Positions 35,315 through 45,192 of a DNA stretch of 64,000 bases are shown in pieces. The notes under the pieces were generated by a model, which was not told the DNA's origin, ran no database searches, and saw only the letters and a program-made list of their open reading frames with translations. Each line of letters opens with the position of its first letter. The stretch's first letter is position 1. The stretch spans positions 79 through 64,078 of the forward strand of contig DNIT01000188.1 in the NCBI GenBank assembly GCA_003489345.1, read 5' to 3'. The DNA comes from Pelotomaculum sp. (GTDB lineage Bacteria; Bacillota; Desulfotomaculia; Desulfotomaculales; Pelotomaculaceae). The position numbers and the translations under genes are program-made.

Positions 35315-38300
35315 ATGCGCATCCTTCACACCGCCGACTGGCATCTTGGGGAGTTTCCCGGACCTGTCGTAGACGGCAAGAACGCCCGTCTCATGGACAC
35401 TGTACGCTGCATTGACTTCCTGGTTGAGAAGGCAATGTATGTGCAGCCGGACGCGATCCTGATCGCCGGTGATCTATTTCACAAGTCCCAGCAGTGGGCA
35501 AACCCCATGCTGAACCTGATCGACATTGCCGCTTCGAGGCTGCGGCAACTTGCGGCCATAGCGCCTACCGTATTAATGTTTGGCACCGCGAACCACGACA
35601 ATCTGCAGGCTTTTGAGAATATCAGAGCCATGCGTATAGATAACCTCTATATTATAACAACTCCTTATCTATTTACCTTTGATACCAAGTCCGGGCCGCT
35701 GCAGATCGCGGCGGTTCCGGGCCTGGACAAAGGTTACTTCCGCACGAAATTTCCCGGCATGGACCCAGCAGAGGAAAATCAAAAATGCAGTGAACTTCTG
35801 GGTGACATTGTTTTGGGACTCGGCGCTCAGGTTGATACCTTATTGCCTTCGGTGCTGATGACACACTACAGCGTGGCTGGCTGCGAGTATGACAATGGGC
35901 AGCAACATATCTTTACCCAGTCAGAGGTTATCCTCCAGCGCGAGGCCATTGCCGCGAGTCCGTTTGATTTGGTGTGCCTGGGGCACATCCATAAGGCGCA
36001 GGAGGTCGAGCATTGCGGCAGGCCGGTGTTTTATTCCGGGGCGATCAACGGGCTGACCTTCAATGAAGAGGGGCAGGATAAAGGGTTCTGGATACATGAT
36101 GTCGAGATGGATTCGCATGACCATGTATTTTCCCGCTTTATCAATACCCCATATCGTGAGTTTCTGACTGAGAAATGGGACGACCAGAACATTGAAACTT
36201 TCCTTTCTTATGAAGGAGAGGCCCCAACATGGTTGCACGGAACGCGGGTAAAAGACAAAATTATCCGCATCCACTACGAATGTTCCGACGAACTAAACAA
36301 ACAACTCAACCGCAAGGTACTGGAGAAGTCCCTCTACGAAGCCGGTGCCTTCTACGTGGCCGAAGTCAAGCCCGTGCAGATAATAACTGCCCTGACCAAA
36401 CAGGAACTTTCCGAGAATGCCGGACCGATGGAGAACTTGCGCAACTGGTGCAGGGCGGAAGGATTTACCCCGGAGGAAACACTTGAACTGGAAATACTAG
36501 CCAGACCGCTAATTGATACGGTGAGTTCCAGGATGCCGACCGGGAAGCTGTCAGGAGTATTTGAACCACGGCGGCTTGAAGTAAAGAACTACCGGTCATA
36601 CAGAGAAGCATCCTTTGATTTTAGCCAAGTCAATTTCGCGGTAGTTGGCGGCCCGAACGGAATCGGCAAATCAGCCTTCTTCATGGACGCGATCAGCGAC
36701 TGCCTTTATGAGGAAACCCGCGAGGGAGAACTCACAGGATGGATTACCAACGGCGAGAAATCAGGCGCCATTACGTTTGAGTTTTCCATGGGCGAATCAA
36801 TCTGGCGGGTGATCCGTACCCGTGCCAGGTCTGGCAAAACCACAGTGGCGCTCCAGGAGCAGATTGACGGCCAGTGGGTTGACAGGAGCGCCGAAAAGGT
36901 TCGCGACACACAGGAGAAGATTGTGGCCCTCTTGGGCATGGACGCTCTGACATTTCGGTGTTGCGGGATCATTATGCAGGACGCTTATGGCCTCTTCCTT
37001 GAGGCCGACAGGGAAGACAGGATGCAGGTTCTGGGCAACATCCTGGGGCTGGGAATATATGAGCAGCTTGAAACATTGGCAAAAGCCAAAGTAACTGATG
37101 CCAACCGGGAGTTACAGAAGGCGAAAGATAAATTGGCTGATCTGGATGAAAAATTAAAAGCGCTGCCTGGGTTGAAAACCGAGCAGGAAGTGGTGGAGGC
37201 CGAGATCAAGCAGGTGGCCGCCAATATCGAATCAAAAACTGCCGAATTAAAAGGGCTTGAGGAAACGGTCAGGACTCTGGAAGAGAAGCAGCGTAAGGCT
37301 GAGGAGTTTCTAAAACAAATGGAAACGCTCAATACCGAAAGTGATTCTAAGGTCATGGATCGGGCGGAGCAGATCAAGAGGAAAGAGAAGGCTCAATTGA
37401 TGCTTGACCGGGAACCGGATATTTTGACCAAGGCTGCGGAATATGACCGCGTTAAGCAGCAGATCGCGGTACTGGAAACAAAAGAGCCGCGGCTAAAAGA
37501 ACTGAGCGGCGAAGAAAATCAAGTTCTCCAGAATATTACCCGGGCGGAGGCCACTTTAAGCAGGTTAGGCGTGCAAATCCGGGATGCTGAGTACTTCATA
37601 AATGACAAAGATTTGATTGAACAGAAGGCAGCTGAATACACAAGCACCCTAGAAGCACTCAATATAATGGATGGACTTGGGGAAAAACATAAAGCTTATC
37701 ATGACCAAGTGGTTACTGTCGAGAGGACAATAGATGCATCAGGCGACACTATACGTAGGAAGCGGGATATCCTGAAAATCTATAAAGATAAACTCAGAAT
37801 GCTGGATGACGCCAACTGTATAGATTCGGAAAAAGCCTCTTGCCGATTCTTGACGGACGCTATTGAAAGCAAGGCAAAAATACCTCAAATAGAGGCCGAA
37901 ATTGTAGAGATCGAGAAAACCAGGACCCCTCTAATAGAACAGGTGAAAGATCTCGAGGCCTTAAAGGACGGCCTGGGATACAGCAACGAGGAACATTACC
38001 GTCTTAAAAAACTGATTGAGGAATTACGGCCGTATTCCGAGAAGGCCCTGCAACTGAGCGCTAAGGCTGAACTGCTGGATAATCTAAACCAGCAGCAAAC
38101 CCAACGGCAAGAGGAGTTAAAAAGCCACAAAGAGCGCCTGGCATCTGTGAAAGAGTGGGCGCGGGCGTTAGCTGAGGAACTGAAACCACTCGCTGAAATG
38201 AGATCCAGGCTGCCTAAATTGGAATCCTGGGCCAAAGCGAAAGACCAGCTGCCGGCCGCGAGGGAGATATTGAAAACCGCAGGCGAGCGGATTAAGACAC

Positions 38301-39094
38301 TGGATACTGAGATAGCGGCCAAGACGGAGCAGGCGGAGGCACTTGAGCTCAGACGCGCCGATATGGCAGAAGAGGCCAAAAGGCTCCCGGATGAAAAATA
38401 TGAACTGGATGCCACCAAGGTTGCGCTGGAAGAGTTGCGGGAAAAACAAAGCACCCTCCAATTGAAAGCCGGCGGCCTCAAGGCGAAGCTGGAGGCGCTT
38501 GCCGAGGCCGTAGCCGAACGGGCGCTAATCAATGAAAATATGGGGCCGCAGGCGGTAATGCTGACGCGGTACCAGACCCTGGCGAAATCCTTCGGACAGG
38601 ACGGTATTCCCTTCTCAATCATTAGGACTGCGGTACCTGAACTATCAACGCAGGCAAATGAAATCCTGGGGCAAATGACCGGGGGTAAGATGAGCCTGGA
38701 GATGCGGACGGAGCGGATTCAGAAAAGCAACAAGAAGGAAGTCAACGCCCTGGAGATATTTATTACCGACTACCAATGGGGGACGATGCCTTACAAGAGC
38801 AGGTCAGGCGGGCAGAAGGTACGGGCTGCGCTCAGTGTGGCGTTCGCGCTGGCGGAGTTGAAAGCGAGACGGGCAGGGATTCAACTAGGGATGCTGTTCG
38901 TTGATGAGCCAAGTTTCCTCGATGCGCAAGGCTCTGAGGCTTATTGTGATGCTCTTGAGGCGATAGCTGAAAGGTACGCAGGCATGAAGGTGGTAGCGAT
39001 AAGCCATGACCCGGCCATGAAAGCCAGGTTCCCGCAGATGATCGAGGTGGAGGACGGCGGAGAAGCCGGGAGCAGAGTCAGGCTGGTTGCATAA
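35315..39094 (+). CDS. Fused SbcD-SbcC (Mre11-Rad50-like) nuclease/ATPase
   Basis: HTADWH, AGD.F, NHD and GHIH phosphoesterase motifs; Walker A GPNGIGKS; coiled coils; SGGQ signature; LFVDE Walker B; ISH. Confidence 0.92.
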   Translation: MRILHTADWHLGEFPGPVVDGKNARLMDTVRCIDFLVEKAMYVQPDAILIAGDLFHKSQQWANPMLNLIDIAASRLRQLAAIAPTVLMFGTANHDNLQAFENIRAMRIDNLYIITTPYLFTFDTKSGPLQIAAVPGLDKGYFRTKFPGMDPAEENQKCSELLGDIVLGLGAQVDTLLPSVLMTHYSVAGCEYDNGQQHIFTQSEVILQREAIAASPFDLVCLGHIHKAQEVEHCGRPVFYSGAINGLTFNEEGQDKGFWIHDVEMDSHDHVFSRFINTPYREFLTEKWDDQNIETFLSYEGEAPTWLHGTRVKDKIIRIHYECSDELNKQLNRKVLEKSLYEAGAFYVAEVKPVQIITALTKQELSENAGPMENLRNWCRAEGFTPEETLELEILARPLIDTVSSRMPTGKLSGVFEPRRLEVKNYRSYREASFDFSQVNFAVVGGPNGIGKSAFFMDAISDCLYEETREGELTGWITNGEKSGAITFEFSMGESIWRVIRTRARSGKTTVALQEQIDGQWVDRSAEKVRDTQEKIVALLGMDALTFRCCGIIMQDAYGLFLEADREDRMQVLGNILGLGIYEQLETLAKAKVTDANRELQKAKDKLADLDEKLKALPGLKTEQEVVEAEIKQVAANIESKTAELKGLEETVRTLEEKQRKAEEFLKQMETLNTESDSKVMDRAEQIKRKEKAQLMLDREPDILTKAAEYDRVKQQIAVLETKEPRLKELSGEENQVLQNITRAEATLSRLGVQIRDAEYFINDKDLIEQKAAEYTSTLEALNIMDGLGEKHKAYHDQVVTVERTIDASGDTIRRKRDILKIYKDKLRMLDDANCIDSEKASCRFLTDAIESKAKIPQIEAEIVEIEKTRTPLIEQVKDLEALKDGLGYSNEEHYRLKKLIEELRPYSEKALQLSAKAELLDNLNQQQTQRQEELKSHKERLASVKEWARALAEELKPLAEMRSRLPKLESWAKAKDQLPAAREILKTAGERIKTLDTEIAAKTEQAEALELRRADMAEEAKRLPDEKYELDATKVALEELREKQSTLQLKAGGLKAKLEALAEAVAERALINENMGPQAVMLTRYQTLAKSFGQDGIPFSIIRTAVPELSTQANEILGQMTGGKMSLEMRTERIQKSNKKEVNALEIFITDYQWGTMPYKSRSGGQKVRAALSVAFALAELKARRAGIQLGMLFVDEPSFLDAQGSEAYCDALEAIAERYAGMKVVAISHDPAMKARFPQMIEVEDGGEAGSRVRLVA

Positions 39095-39163
39095 AGTTAC
39101 ATCCACCATGAATACACGGCGGGCCAACCGCCCGCCTCCAACGAAAGCGAGGGCATTGCTGAG

Positions 39164-39577
39164 ATGATGAACGAAACAAAACTCCGCTACGTTTACAAGC
39201 ATAAGAGAGACGGAGATTGGCAATATGACTACTTCACCCTGGATGAGATCGAAAGCGGAAAGGCTGCTGAAATGGTCAGAGCGATCAAGCGTGACGGGTA
39301 TGAGTTGATTGCGCGGGATCGGTTCATCGGGGTTGGCGACAAGAATGGGGTTGAGGTTTATGAGGGCGATCATATTGTTTGCAAACAATATATCGGCGGC
39401 AACTGGGTTGATAATGTTATCGAAAAAGGCACTGTTTCATTTAAAGATGGGGCATTTTATCTCTTGCGAAAACAAGGATATTATAGACCGCTTGCATGGC
39501 TTATTGAAATGGACTACGCGCTTGAGGTCATTGGCAACATTCACGAAGGCAAGGGGGATGCTGGAAGAAATGACTGA
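39164..39577 (+). CDS. YopX family protein
   Basis: G..DKNG.EVYEGD and EVIGNIHE motifs. Confidence 0.85.
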   Translation: MMNETKLRYVYKHKRDGDWQYDYFTLDEIESGKAAEMVRAIKRDGYELIARDRFIGVGDKNGVEVYEGDHIVCKQYIGGNWVDNVIEKGTVSFKDGAFYLLRKQGYYRPLAWLIEMDYALEVIGNIHEGKGDAGRND

Positions 39578-39932
39578 ACTTGAAATTAATAATTTTGCCT
39601 ACAACTTTATAAACCTGATAAACGCAAAAAATAACAAGATCAGACACCTGAAAAGCGAAGTTACACGTCTCCGTGCCGTTGTGACCCAGCAGACGGAGCC
39701 TGGCAGAAGGTTAACGGAAGAAGAGGTAAGAGAAGGAAAACAGCCAGTATATGCATATCACATGGCCCAGAAAACTATAGGGTGGGTAATACCTTTAAGT
39801 AACCTTATAGGGGTAATTAGCAATAAAAAGGGTGTCTATAAATACTCTGACTATGGGAAGACATGGTATGCACTTTCAGCAAGGCCTGAGCAAATTCCAG
39901 GCGGCGAAGGCGAAGAGGTTGATGCAACATGA
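39570..39932 (+). CDS. Hypothetical protein
   Basis: LT.EE and DYGKTW.A phage motifs; coupled to neighbouring genes. Confidence 0.6.
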   Translation: MTELEINNFAYNFINLINAKNNKIRHLKSEVTRLRAVVTQQTEPGRRLTEEEVREGKQPVYAYHMAQKTIGWVIPLSNLIGVISNKKGVYKYSDYGKTWYALSARPEQIPGGEGEEVDAT

Positions 39933-40735
39933 ACAAAAGACCATTCCTCAAATGGGCCGGCGGCAAGTATCGAATCATTGAGCGCATCAAGGCGCTACTG
40001 CCGGAAGGCGATTGCCTGATTGAGCCTTTCTGCGGTTCGTGTGCGGTGGCGCTGAACACAGGCTACGACAGGTACATTTTGGCCGACAACAACGCTGATC
40101 TGATTAACCTGTATCAAAGGTTGCAGGTAGAGGTGGAAGATTTTATAGAGTACTCCCGGTATTTCTTTTATCCTAGTTATAACAACGAGGAGTATTACTA
40201 TACATTCAGGGAAGAGTTTAACAGTGATCTTGTAGGCTATGACAAGGCCGCCCTTTTCCTCTACCTCAACCGCCACGGCTACAACGGCCTTTGCCGCTAC
40301 AATAAGCACGGCAAATTCAACGTCCCATTCGGGCGACATGATCAACCATACTTCCCGGAAGCAGAAATGCGGCATTTCCACGAAAAGGCCAAGGCCGCCG
40401 TGTTCAAAGTGGCAGACTTCCGGGATACGATGCGGGAGGCCAAGCTGGGCAGCGTGATCTACTGCGATCCTCCCTATGTGCCCTTATCTGACACAGCCAA
40501 CTTCAAGGATTACAGTCCAGGAGGATTCAGCCTATGGGATCAGGGCGACCTGGCCGATCTCGCCAAAGAGTGCGCCGGAAGGGGTATCCCGGTGCTTATC
40601 TCAAACCATGCGACGAAATTCACGCTGGCAGAGTACAAAGGGGCACGCATAGAGCAGTTCGACGTGCGGCGGAATATCAGTTGCAACGGCGGCAATCGAG
40701 GTAAGGCCGGGGAGTTGTTGGTGCTGTTTAGTTAG
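39929..40735 (+). CDS. dam: Dam-family DNA adenine methyltransferase
   Basis: FLKWAGGK, EPFCG, FLYLNRHGYNGLCRYN..G.FNVPFG and YCDPPY motifs. Confidence 0.93.
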   Translation: MNKRPFLKWAGGKYRIIERIKALLPEGDCLIEPFCGSCAVALNTGYDRYILADNNADLINLYQRLQVEVEDFIEYSRYFFYPSYNNEEYYYTFREEFNSDLVGYDKAALFLYLNRHGYNGLCRYNKHGKFNVPFGRHDQPYFPEAEMRHFHEKAKAAVFKVADFRDTMREAKLGSVIYCDPPYVPLSDTANFKDYSPGGFSLWDQGDLADLAKECAGRGIPVLISNHATKFTLAEYKGARIEQFDVRRNISCNGGNRGKAGELLVLFS

Positions 40736-40760
40736 TTACTAGTAAGGAGGGTTATGAATC

Positions 40761-41090
40761 ATGGGTAAGGATGACGTAAACGCCAGGCTATATGATTTTC
40801 TGAAAGATAATGAAACAGGCTTATATAGCAGGAGAAATGAAATTATAGCATATGTTCACATCAACTTCTATGACTTAAAAGAATTTATTGAAATAGTTGG
40901 AGATTACTATTTTGATGAAGGTGGTATTCAGGTTCAAATGCTTAAATATTCCATATGTGTGGACATTAACGACATTATTGAAGGTGAAGGACATTATTTA
41001 TCTGCATACAAGAATTGCTTTGATGAGCAAGACTGGAAATATTGCGAAGAACAAATTAAAGCAATGGAAGTGATCCCCAATGCCGGGTAA
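40761..41090 (+). CDS. Hypothetical protein
   Basis: SD AAGGAGGG; AT-rich 109-aa ORF. Confidence 0.6.
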   Translation: MGKDDVNARLYDFLKDNETGLYSRRNEIIAYVHINFYDLKEFIEIVGDYYFDEGGIQVQMLKYSICVDINDIIEGEGHYLSAYKNCFDEQDWKYCEEQIKAMEVIPNAG

Positions 41091-41256
41091 ACCAAAGCCG
41101 CAATTTGCGAAGCGACGAAGCAAAGACAAATGCATACAGAATGGGAGTAAGGCAAAAGCCGAGAATCCGTCACCGTCTGGGGTGAGTACCAGGTCAGCGT
41201 AACTGAGGTTACTGCGGGCCTGGTTTTTTAATTAAAACCAAAAAGGAGTGATAGCA

Positions 41257-41637
41257 ATGCCAATGTTCAACCTGGAGAATCTTGCGGAAGGAGCACTAGC
41301 GGAACAGATCGAGGATGCGTTAGGTAGAGTAATCCAAAACATCGCGGACCCGAACACGGCGTGGAAAACCAAGCGGAAATTAAACATTACCCTTACTTTC
41401 CAGCCGGACGAAAAACGCGAATTGGCTGAGGTCAACATGGAAGTCAAGCCGACGTTGGCGCCGGCAGCCCCAACCAAGACGCGGATTATCATCGGGCAGG
41501 ATGTTGCGACCGGCGAGATAGCCGCAGCGGAATATCGTTCCGGGGCCATACCAGGGCAAGTGGAAATGGTTGTGGACGACAAAACAGGGGACGTTACAAC
41601 CCAAGATCCAACAGCCGGATTGAGGGTTGTTAGGTAG
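41257..41637 (+). CDS. Conserved phage protein of the replication module
   Basis: L...A.GA..E, V..NI.DPNT....KRK and L.F.PDE.R motifs. Confidence 0.65.
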   Translation: MPMFNLENLAEGALAEQIEDALGRVIQNIADPNTAWKTKRKLNITLTFQPDEKRELAEVNMEVKPTLAPAAPTKTRIIIGQDVATGEIAAAEYRSGAIPGQVEMVVDDKTGDVTTQDPTAGLRVVR

Positions 41638-41669
41638 TCAATTAAAAAAACACGGGAGGTAAAAAAGTA

Positions 41670-42377
41670 ATGATTAAAAAAGCGCTGGAGTATTTGGTTG
41701 GCCTTGGTGAAGCAAAAATTCTGGACATCGGGACCGGGAAGTATTCGGATAAACCGGTAACAAGGATTTGCGAACCAACAGCAAAAGCGATTACCGCCAC
41801 GACCCTAACTTCTCTTGTGGATTATATCCGGTCTGATATTGATAAGAAGTCCAGTGAAAAACTAATCGTCCATGTTATTTCACCAAGCGAAGTTTCACTA
41901 AGAAGCGAGTTAAACAACGACAGCCAGAGGGATTCTTATATCATATGTGAGGCATTGCTGCCGAATAATCTCAGGTTTGGCCGCTTCGTTGATCCGGAGG
42001 AATTTAACATCATGCTACAGTCCAGCTTTGTTGATAACAGCGATAAGGGATTGTTGTTAAAAGTAACTGGGTTAATACAAGAAAAAACCGTTAAAGAAGT
42101 TGGCGACGATGGTACGAGCCAGGCTATTGTCATGAAAACCGGCGTTGCTAAGGTCGGAGACGTTATTGTGCCAAACCCGGTTACATTGGCACCGTATAGG
42201 ACCTTCCCGGAAATAGAACAACCGGAGAGTAAGTTTATCTTTAGGATGCAGTCCGGCCCGTCTGCTGCTTTATTTGAGGCTGACGGCGGCGCATGGCGCA
42301 ATGATGCCATGGAGCGGATTAAGGCATGGCTAGAAGAAGAATTGCACGGCGTGAATAATATCAGGATTATTTCGTAG
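41670..42377 (+). CDS. Conserved phage protein (partner of the previous gene)
   Basis: DDG.SQ, PNPV.L.PYRTF.E.EQP.S.F.FR and LFEADGG.W motifs. Confidence 0.7.
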   Translation: MIKKALEYLVGLGEAKILDIGTGKYSDKPVTRICEPTAKAITATTLTSLVDYIRSDIDKKSSEKLIVHVISPSEVSLRSELNNDSQRDSYIICEALLPNNLRFGRFVDPEEFNIMLQSSFVDNSDKGLLLKVTGLIQEKTVKEVGDDGTSQAIVMKTGVAKVGDVIVPNPVTLAPYRTFPEIEQPESKFIFRMQSGPSAALFEADGGAWRNDAMERIKAWLEEELHGVNNIRIIS

Positions 42378-42455
42378 TTAACGGTGTACTGGGCGGCGTT
42401 TAGCGGCGTCGCCCAGGAGTCACATAAGGCAGTTGGATAAGGGGAGGCGCGGGGA

Positions 42456-43238
42456 TTGGCTGAAGGGTGGATTAAGCTACATAGGAAAATCATAGAACAT
42501 GCTTTTTTTCAAGAAAGACGAGTTTTCAGCCGTTTTGAAGCATGGCTTTATTTCATCCTTCAGGCCAATCACGCCGACAATAAGGTCCTCTTCGGCAATG
42601 AGATTATAGAAGTGAAACGAGGTAGTTTTATAACCTCTAAGCGGAAGTTATGTGAGTTGTTCAAATGGTCAAATACCAAATTAGATAACTTTTTAAACTT
42701 GTTGGAATTTGAAAAAATGATCGTCCAAAATAGCGACACAAAAAAGACGGCTTTAACCCTTGTAAACTATGACTTTTATAACAATCCGAACGACACCGAA
42801 ACAGATCAAGAACGACACGAGAACGACACAAAAACGACACAAAAACGGACAAACAAGAATGAAAAGAATGATAAGAATAAACAACAGAATAAATATTCTG
42901 TTGGTGCACGCGAGGCTACGGACCTCTTAAAAACCCGTCTGAAGGAGAAGGGTATTACTTTAGCCAGAGACTGGCACTTAAAGTCCCTTCCTGTAGCCGA
43001 AAGGTTACTCCAAGGTGTTGACCTTGACGATTTAAAAGCCTGCATTGAGTGGGCTATTAAAGACCAGTACTGGTCAAAACAAGTTGATAGCATGAGCACT
43101 ATAGAACGTGCATTGCCTAAGTATCAACTGGTTAAACAACATGGTAATAGCCAAACGGAGAGAAAGCCATTTATTTATTATCCTGGGCAGGAAGCAGCAT
43201 ATAAGACTCCGTTTCAGAAGAAGAGGGCAAACCCATGA
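42456..43238 (+). CDS. Phage replication initiator
   Basis: GWIKLHRKI start, V.RG.FITS..L...W, T..T.VNY..Y; internal iterons; adjacent helicase. Confidence 0.85.
   Translation: MAEGWIKLHRKIIEHAFFQERRVFSRFEAWLYFILQANHADNKVLFGNEIIEVKRGSFITSKRKLCELFKWSNTKLDNFLNLLEFEKMIVQNSDTKKTALTLVNYDFYNNPNDTETDQERHENDTKTTQKRTNKNEKNDKNKQQNKYSVGAREATDLLKTRLKEKGITLARDWHLKSLPVAERLLQGVDLDDLKACIEWAIKDQYWSKQVDSMSTIERALPKYQLVKQHGNSQTERKPFIYYPGQEAAYKTPFQKKRANP
42789..42890 (+). repeat. Putative replication origin iterons
   Basis: AACGACAC at 42789, 42811, 42822 and 42833 with degenerate copies at 42800 and 42844 (11-bp period), followed by AAGAAT repeats. Confidence 0.75.
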
Positions 43239-44506
43239 CCGAGATACCAAGAAACCTGGATGCAGAGATAGCGATAATAGGGGCGGCTTTATGTAATCCC
43301 AAGTCACTACAAAAAGTATCCGTGCTTCAACCGCAAGACTTTTCAGAGCAGAAACATAAGCGCATATGGACCGGGATCTTATCGCTCTTGAAGCAAGGTA
43401 AAATACCAGATCCATTGCTCTTGAAGGATGAAGCGCCGGAGATAGACCTCGCAGACCTGGCACAGGCGATATCAAACGCATGTATTGAGCCGAGCCTAGA
43501 TCACTATATTGGCATCCTGCGCGATAAGGAAAAGGGGCGCCGGTTGTATTTCGCCTCCAGGAACGTCCAGGCCGCCATTAGCGACGGGGTGCCGTATGAC
43601 GACATAGAGGCCGAACTGCTTAAAGCCATGGCCTCCAGGACGGCGGCAGAGGGGACTACACAGCTTGATACGGCGGTTGACCTGGAAGCGTTTTTATCCG
43701 GAAATGATATGGCGCCGTTTACCACGTTTGGCATACAGGAGATCGATACGGCAACAGGAGGCATCAGGGGCGGAGAAATATGCATTCTAGCTGCAAGAAC
43801 AAGCATAGGCAAGTCAGCTGTTGCAGTATTATCAACTTTTGCCTGTGCGTGTACTGGGTGGAATCCCTTGTACCTGAGTTATGAAATGCCGAAGCGCCAA
43901 CTGTGGAACCGGTTTATCAGCTACCAAAGCAGAGTGTTTTTACGAAAATTCAGAGACAGGACATTTAACCAGAAGGACATAGGCGCCATTAAACGGGCAG
44001 AGTTAGAGCTAAGGCCGATAATGAGACATGTCAGCGTCAACACAGAAGCAAATACTCCGGGAAAAATAACCCAACTAATCCGTATGGAGCAGCTTGAGGG
44101 CAGGGCTGATTTTGTGATAGTAGACCATGCCGGCCGGATGAAGTCAGACGATAAGGCACGGAATAACTACGAGAAAATGAGCTCCATTGCCAATGAGCTG
44201 AAAGACATTGCCATCAATCTGAACGTGCCGATCCTGGTGTTGTGGCAGCTAAGGCGGGGAAGCGAAGATTCTCCCACGCTGGACGACCTAAGAGACAGCG
44301 GCCAGGCTGAAGAGGTAGCCGATACGGTAATCTTGCTGAACCGGAACCGTACAGAGGAAAATCCCATGGTTGACATAGATATCGCAAAAGCAAGAGACGG
44401 CGGGCAATTGGGTGTGATACAGGTTCCCTGGAAGCAGATAACCATGGTGCCGTATATTGTGCCAACTGAAGAGATGGGAGAGGAAGTGACTGGAATTGAG
44501 TTCTAA
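43235..44506 (+). CDS. DnaB-like replicative helicase
   Basis: P.NLDAE...IG, AARTSIGKS, SYEM, LRDSG..EE.AD and AK.RDG motifs. Confidence 0.92.
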   Translation: MTEIPRNLDAEIAIIGAALCNPKSLQKVSVLQPQDFSEQKHKRIWTGILSLLKQGKIPDPLLLKDEAPEIDLADLAQAISNACIEPSLDHYIGILRDKEKGRRLYFASRNVQAAISDGVPYDDIEAELLKAMASRTAAEGTTQLDTAVDLEAFLSGNDMAPFTTFGIQEIDTATGGIRGGEICILAARTSIGKSAVAVLSTFACACTGWNPLYLSYEMPKRQLWNRFISYQSRVFLRKFRDRTFNQKDIGAIKRAELELRPIMRHVSVNTEANTPGKITQLIRMEQLEGRADFVIVDHAGRMKSDDKARNNYEKMSSIANELKDIAINLNVPILVLWQLRRGSEDSPTLDDLRDSGQAEEVADTVILLNRNRTEENPMVDIDIAKARDGGQLGVIQVPWKQITMVPYIVPTEEMGEEVTGIEF

Positions 44507-44656
44507 AGACACCCGCGTTGACTTATTAGCGATACTCTTTCCTTCGCTGCAGAAAGAAGAGTTACAGGCCGCGGTGGAAGAGATGGACGAAAAGGCCACA
44601 GAGATATGCCAATGCCCGGACTATAGAATAACTTCATGAACCTGGAGGTGACCACC

Positions 44657-45192
44657 ATGCAAACATCTACCTGGACAGACGCCGAGAAAGACTTCCTGCG
44701 CCAAAACTACGGCAAGATGACCTACGCGCAGATGGCAAAACACATCCCTCACCGGCCCGAAAACATTGGTAAAAAGGCGATGTTATTGGGTGTAACCAAA
44801 GCTAGAGGGCCACAGGAAAGAAGCGTCCCGATGTCCAAAGCCCTCACCCTTGCCCAATGTGATAAGATGCGGTCATTTCTGCTGGCTTGGTTGCACTATG
44901 GCAAGACATATGGGAGAGATATATCAGCGACACGATTCCTGCAGGCGTGGCGGGAAAATGAGTGTGGTTATGTTTACGGGAGTAACCGGAACAAGAGAGT
45001 TGAATGCAGGGGGAGGTGACCACCATGCCCAAACAACCCAAACCTGACCCAATGGACGCCCGCTTCGCCAACCCCCTCCTTCGCGTGTGGTGCCACAAAG
45101 ACCCGCCGCCAGAGGGGTGGGAGCCGGTGGACAGGCTGGGGGAACTGCCGAAGTATTATGGGTACTGGGAGAGGGTGATGCCATATGCCTAA
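44657..45192 (+). CDS. Two hypothetical proteins (44657-45019 with a WT..E..FL..NY HTH-like start; 45025-45192)
   Basis: Both are preceded by the same GGAGGTGACCACCATGC initiation region. Confidence 0.6.

Noticed and set aside
44644-45028. Identical 17-nt GGAGGTGACCACCATGC at two gene starts
   Set aside because: Mostly SD plus start codon. It is explained as a reused initiation region rather than a separate element.
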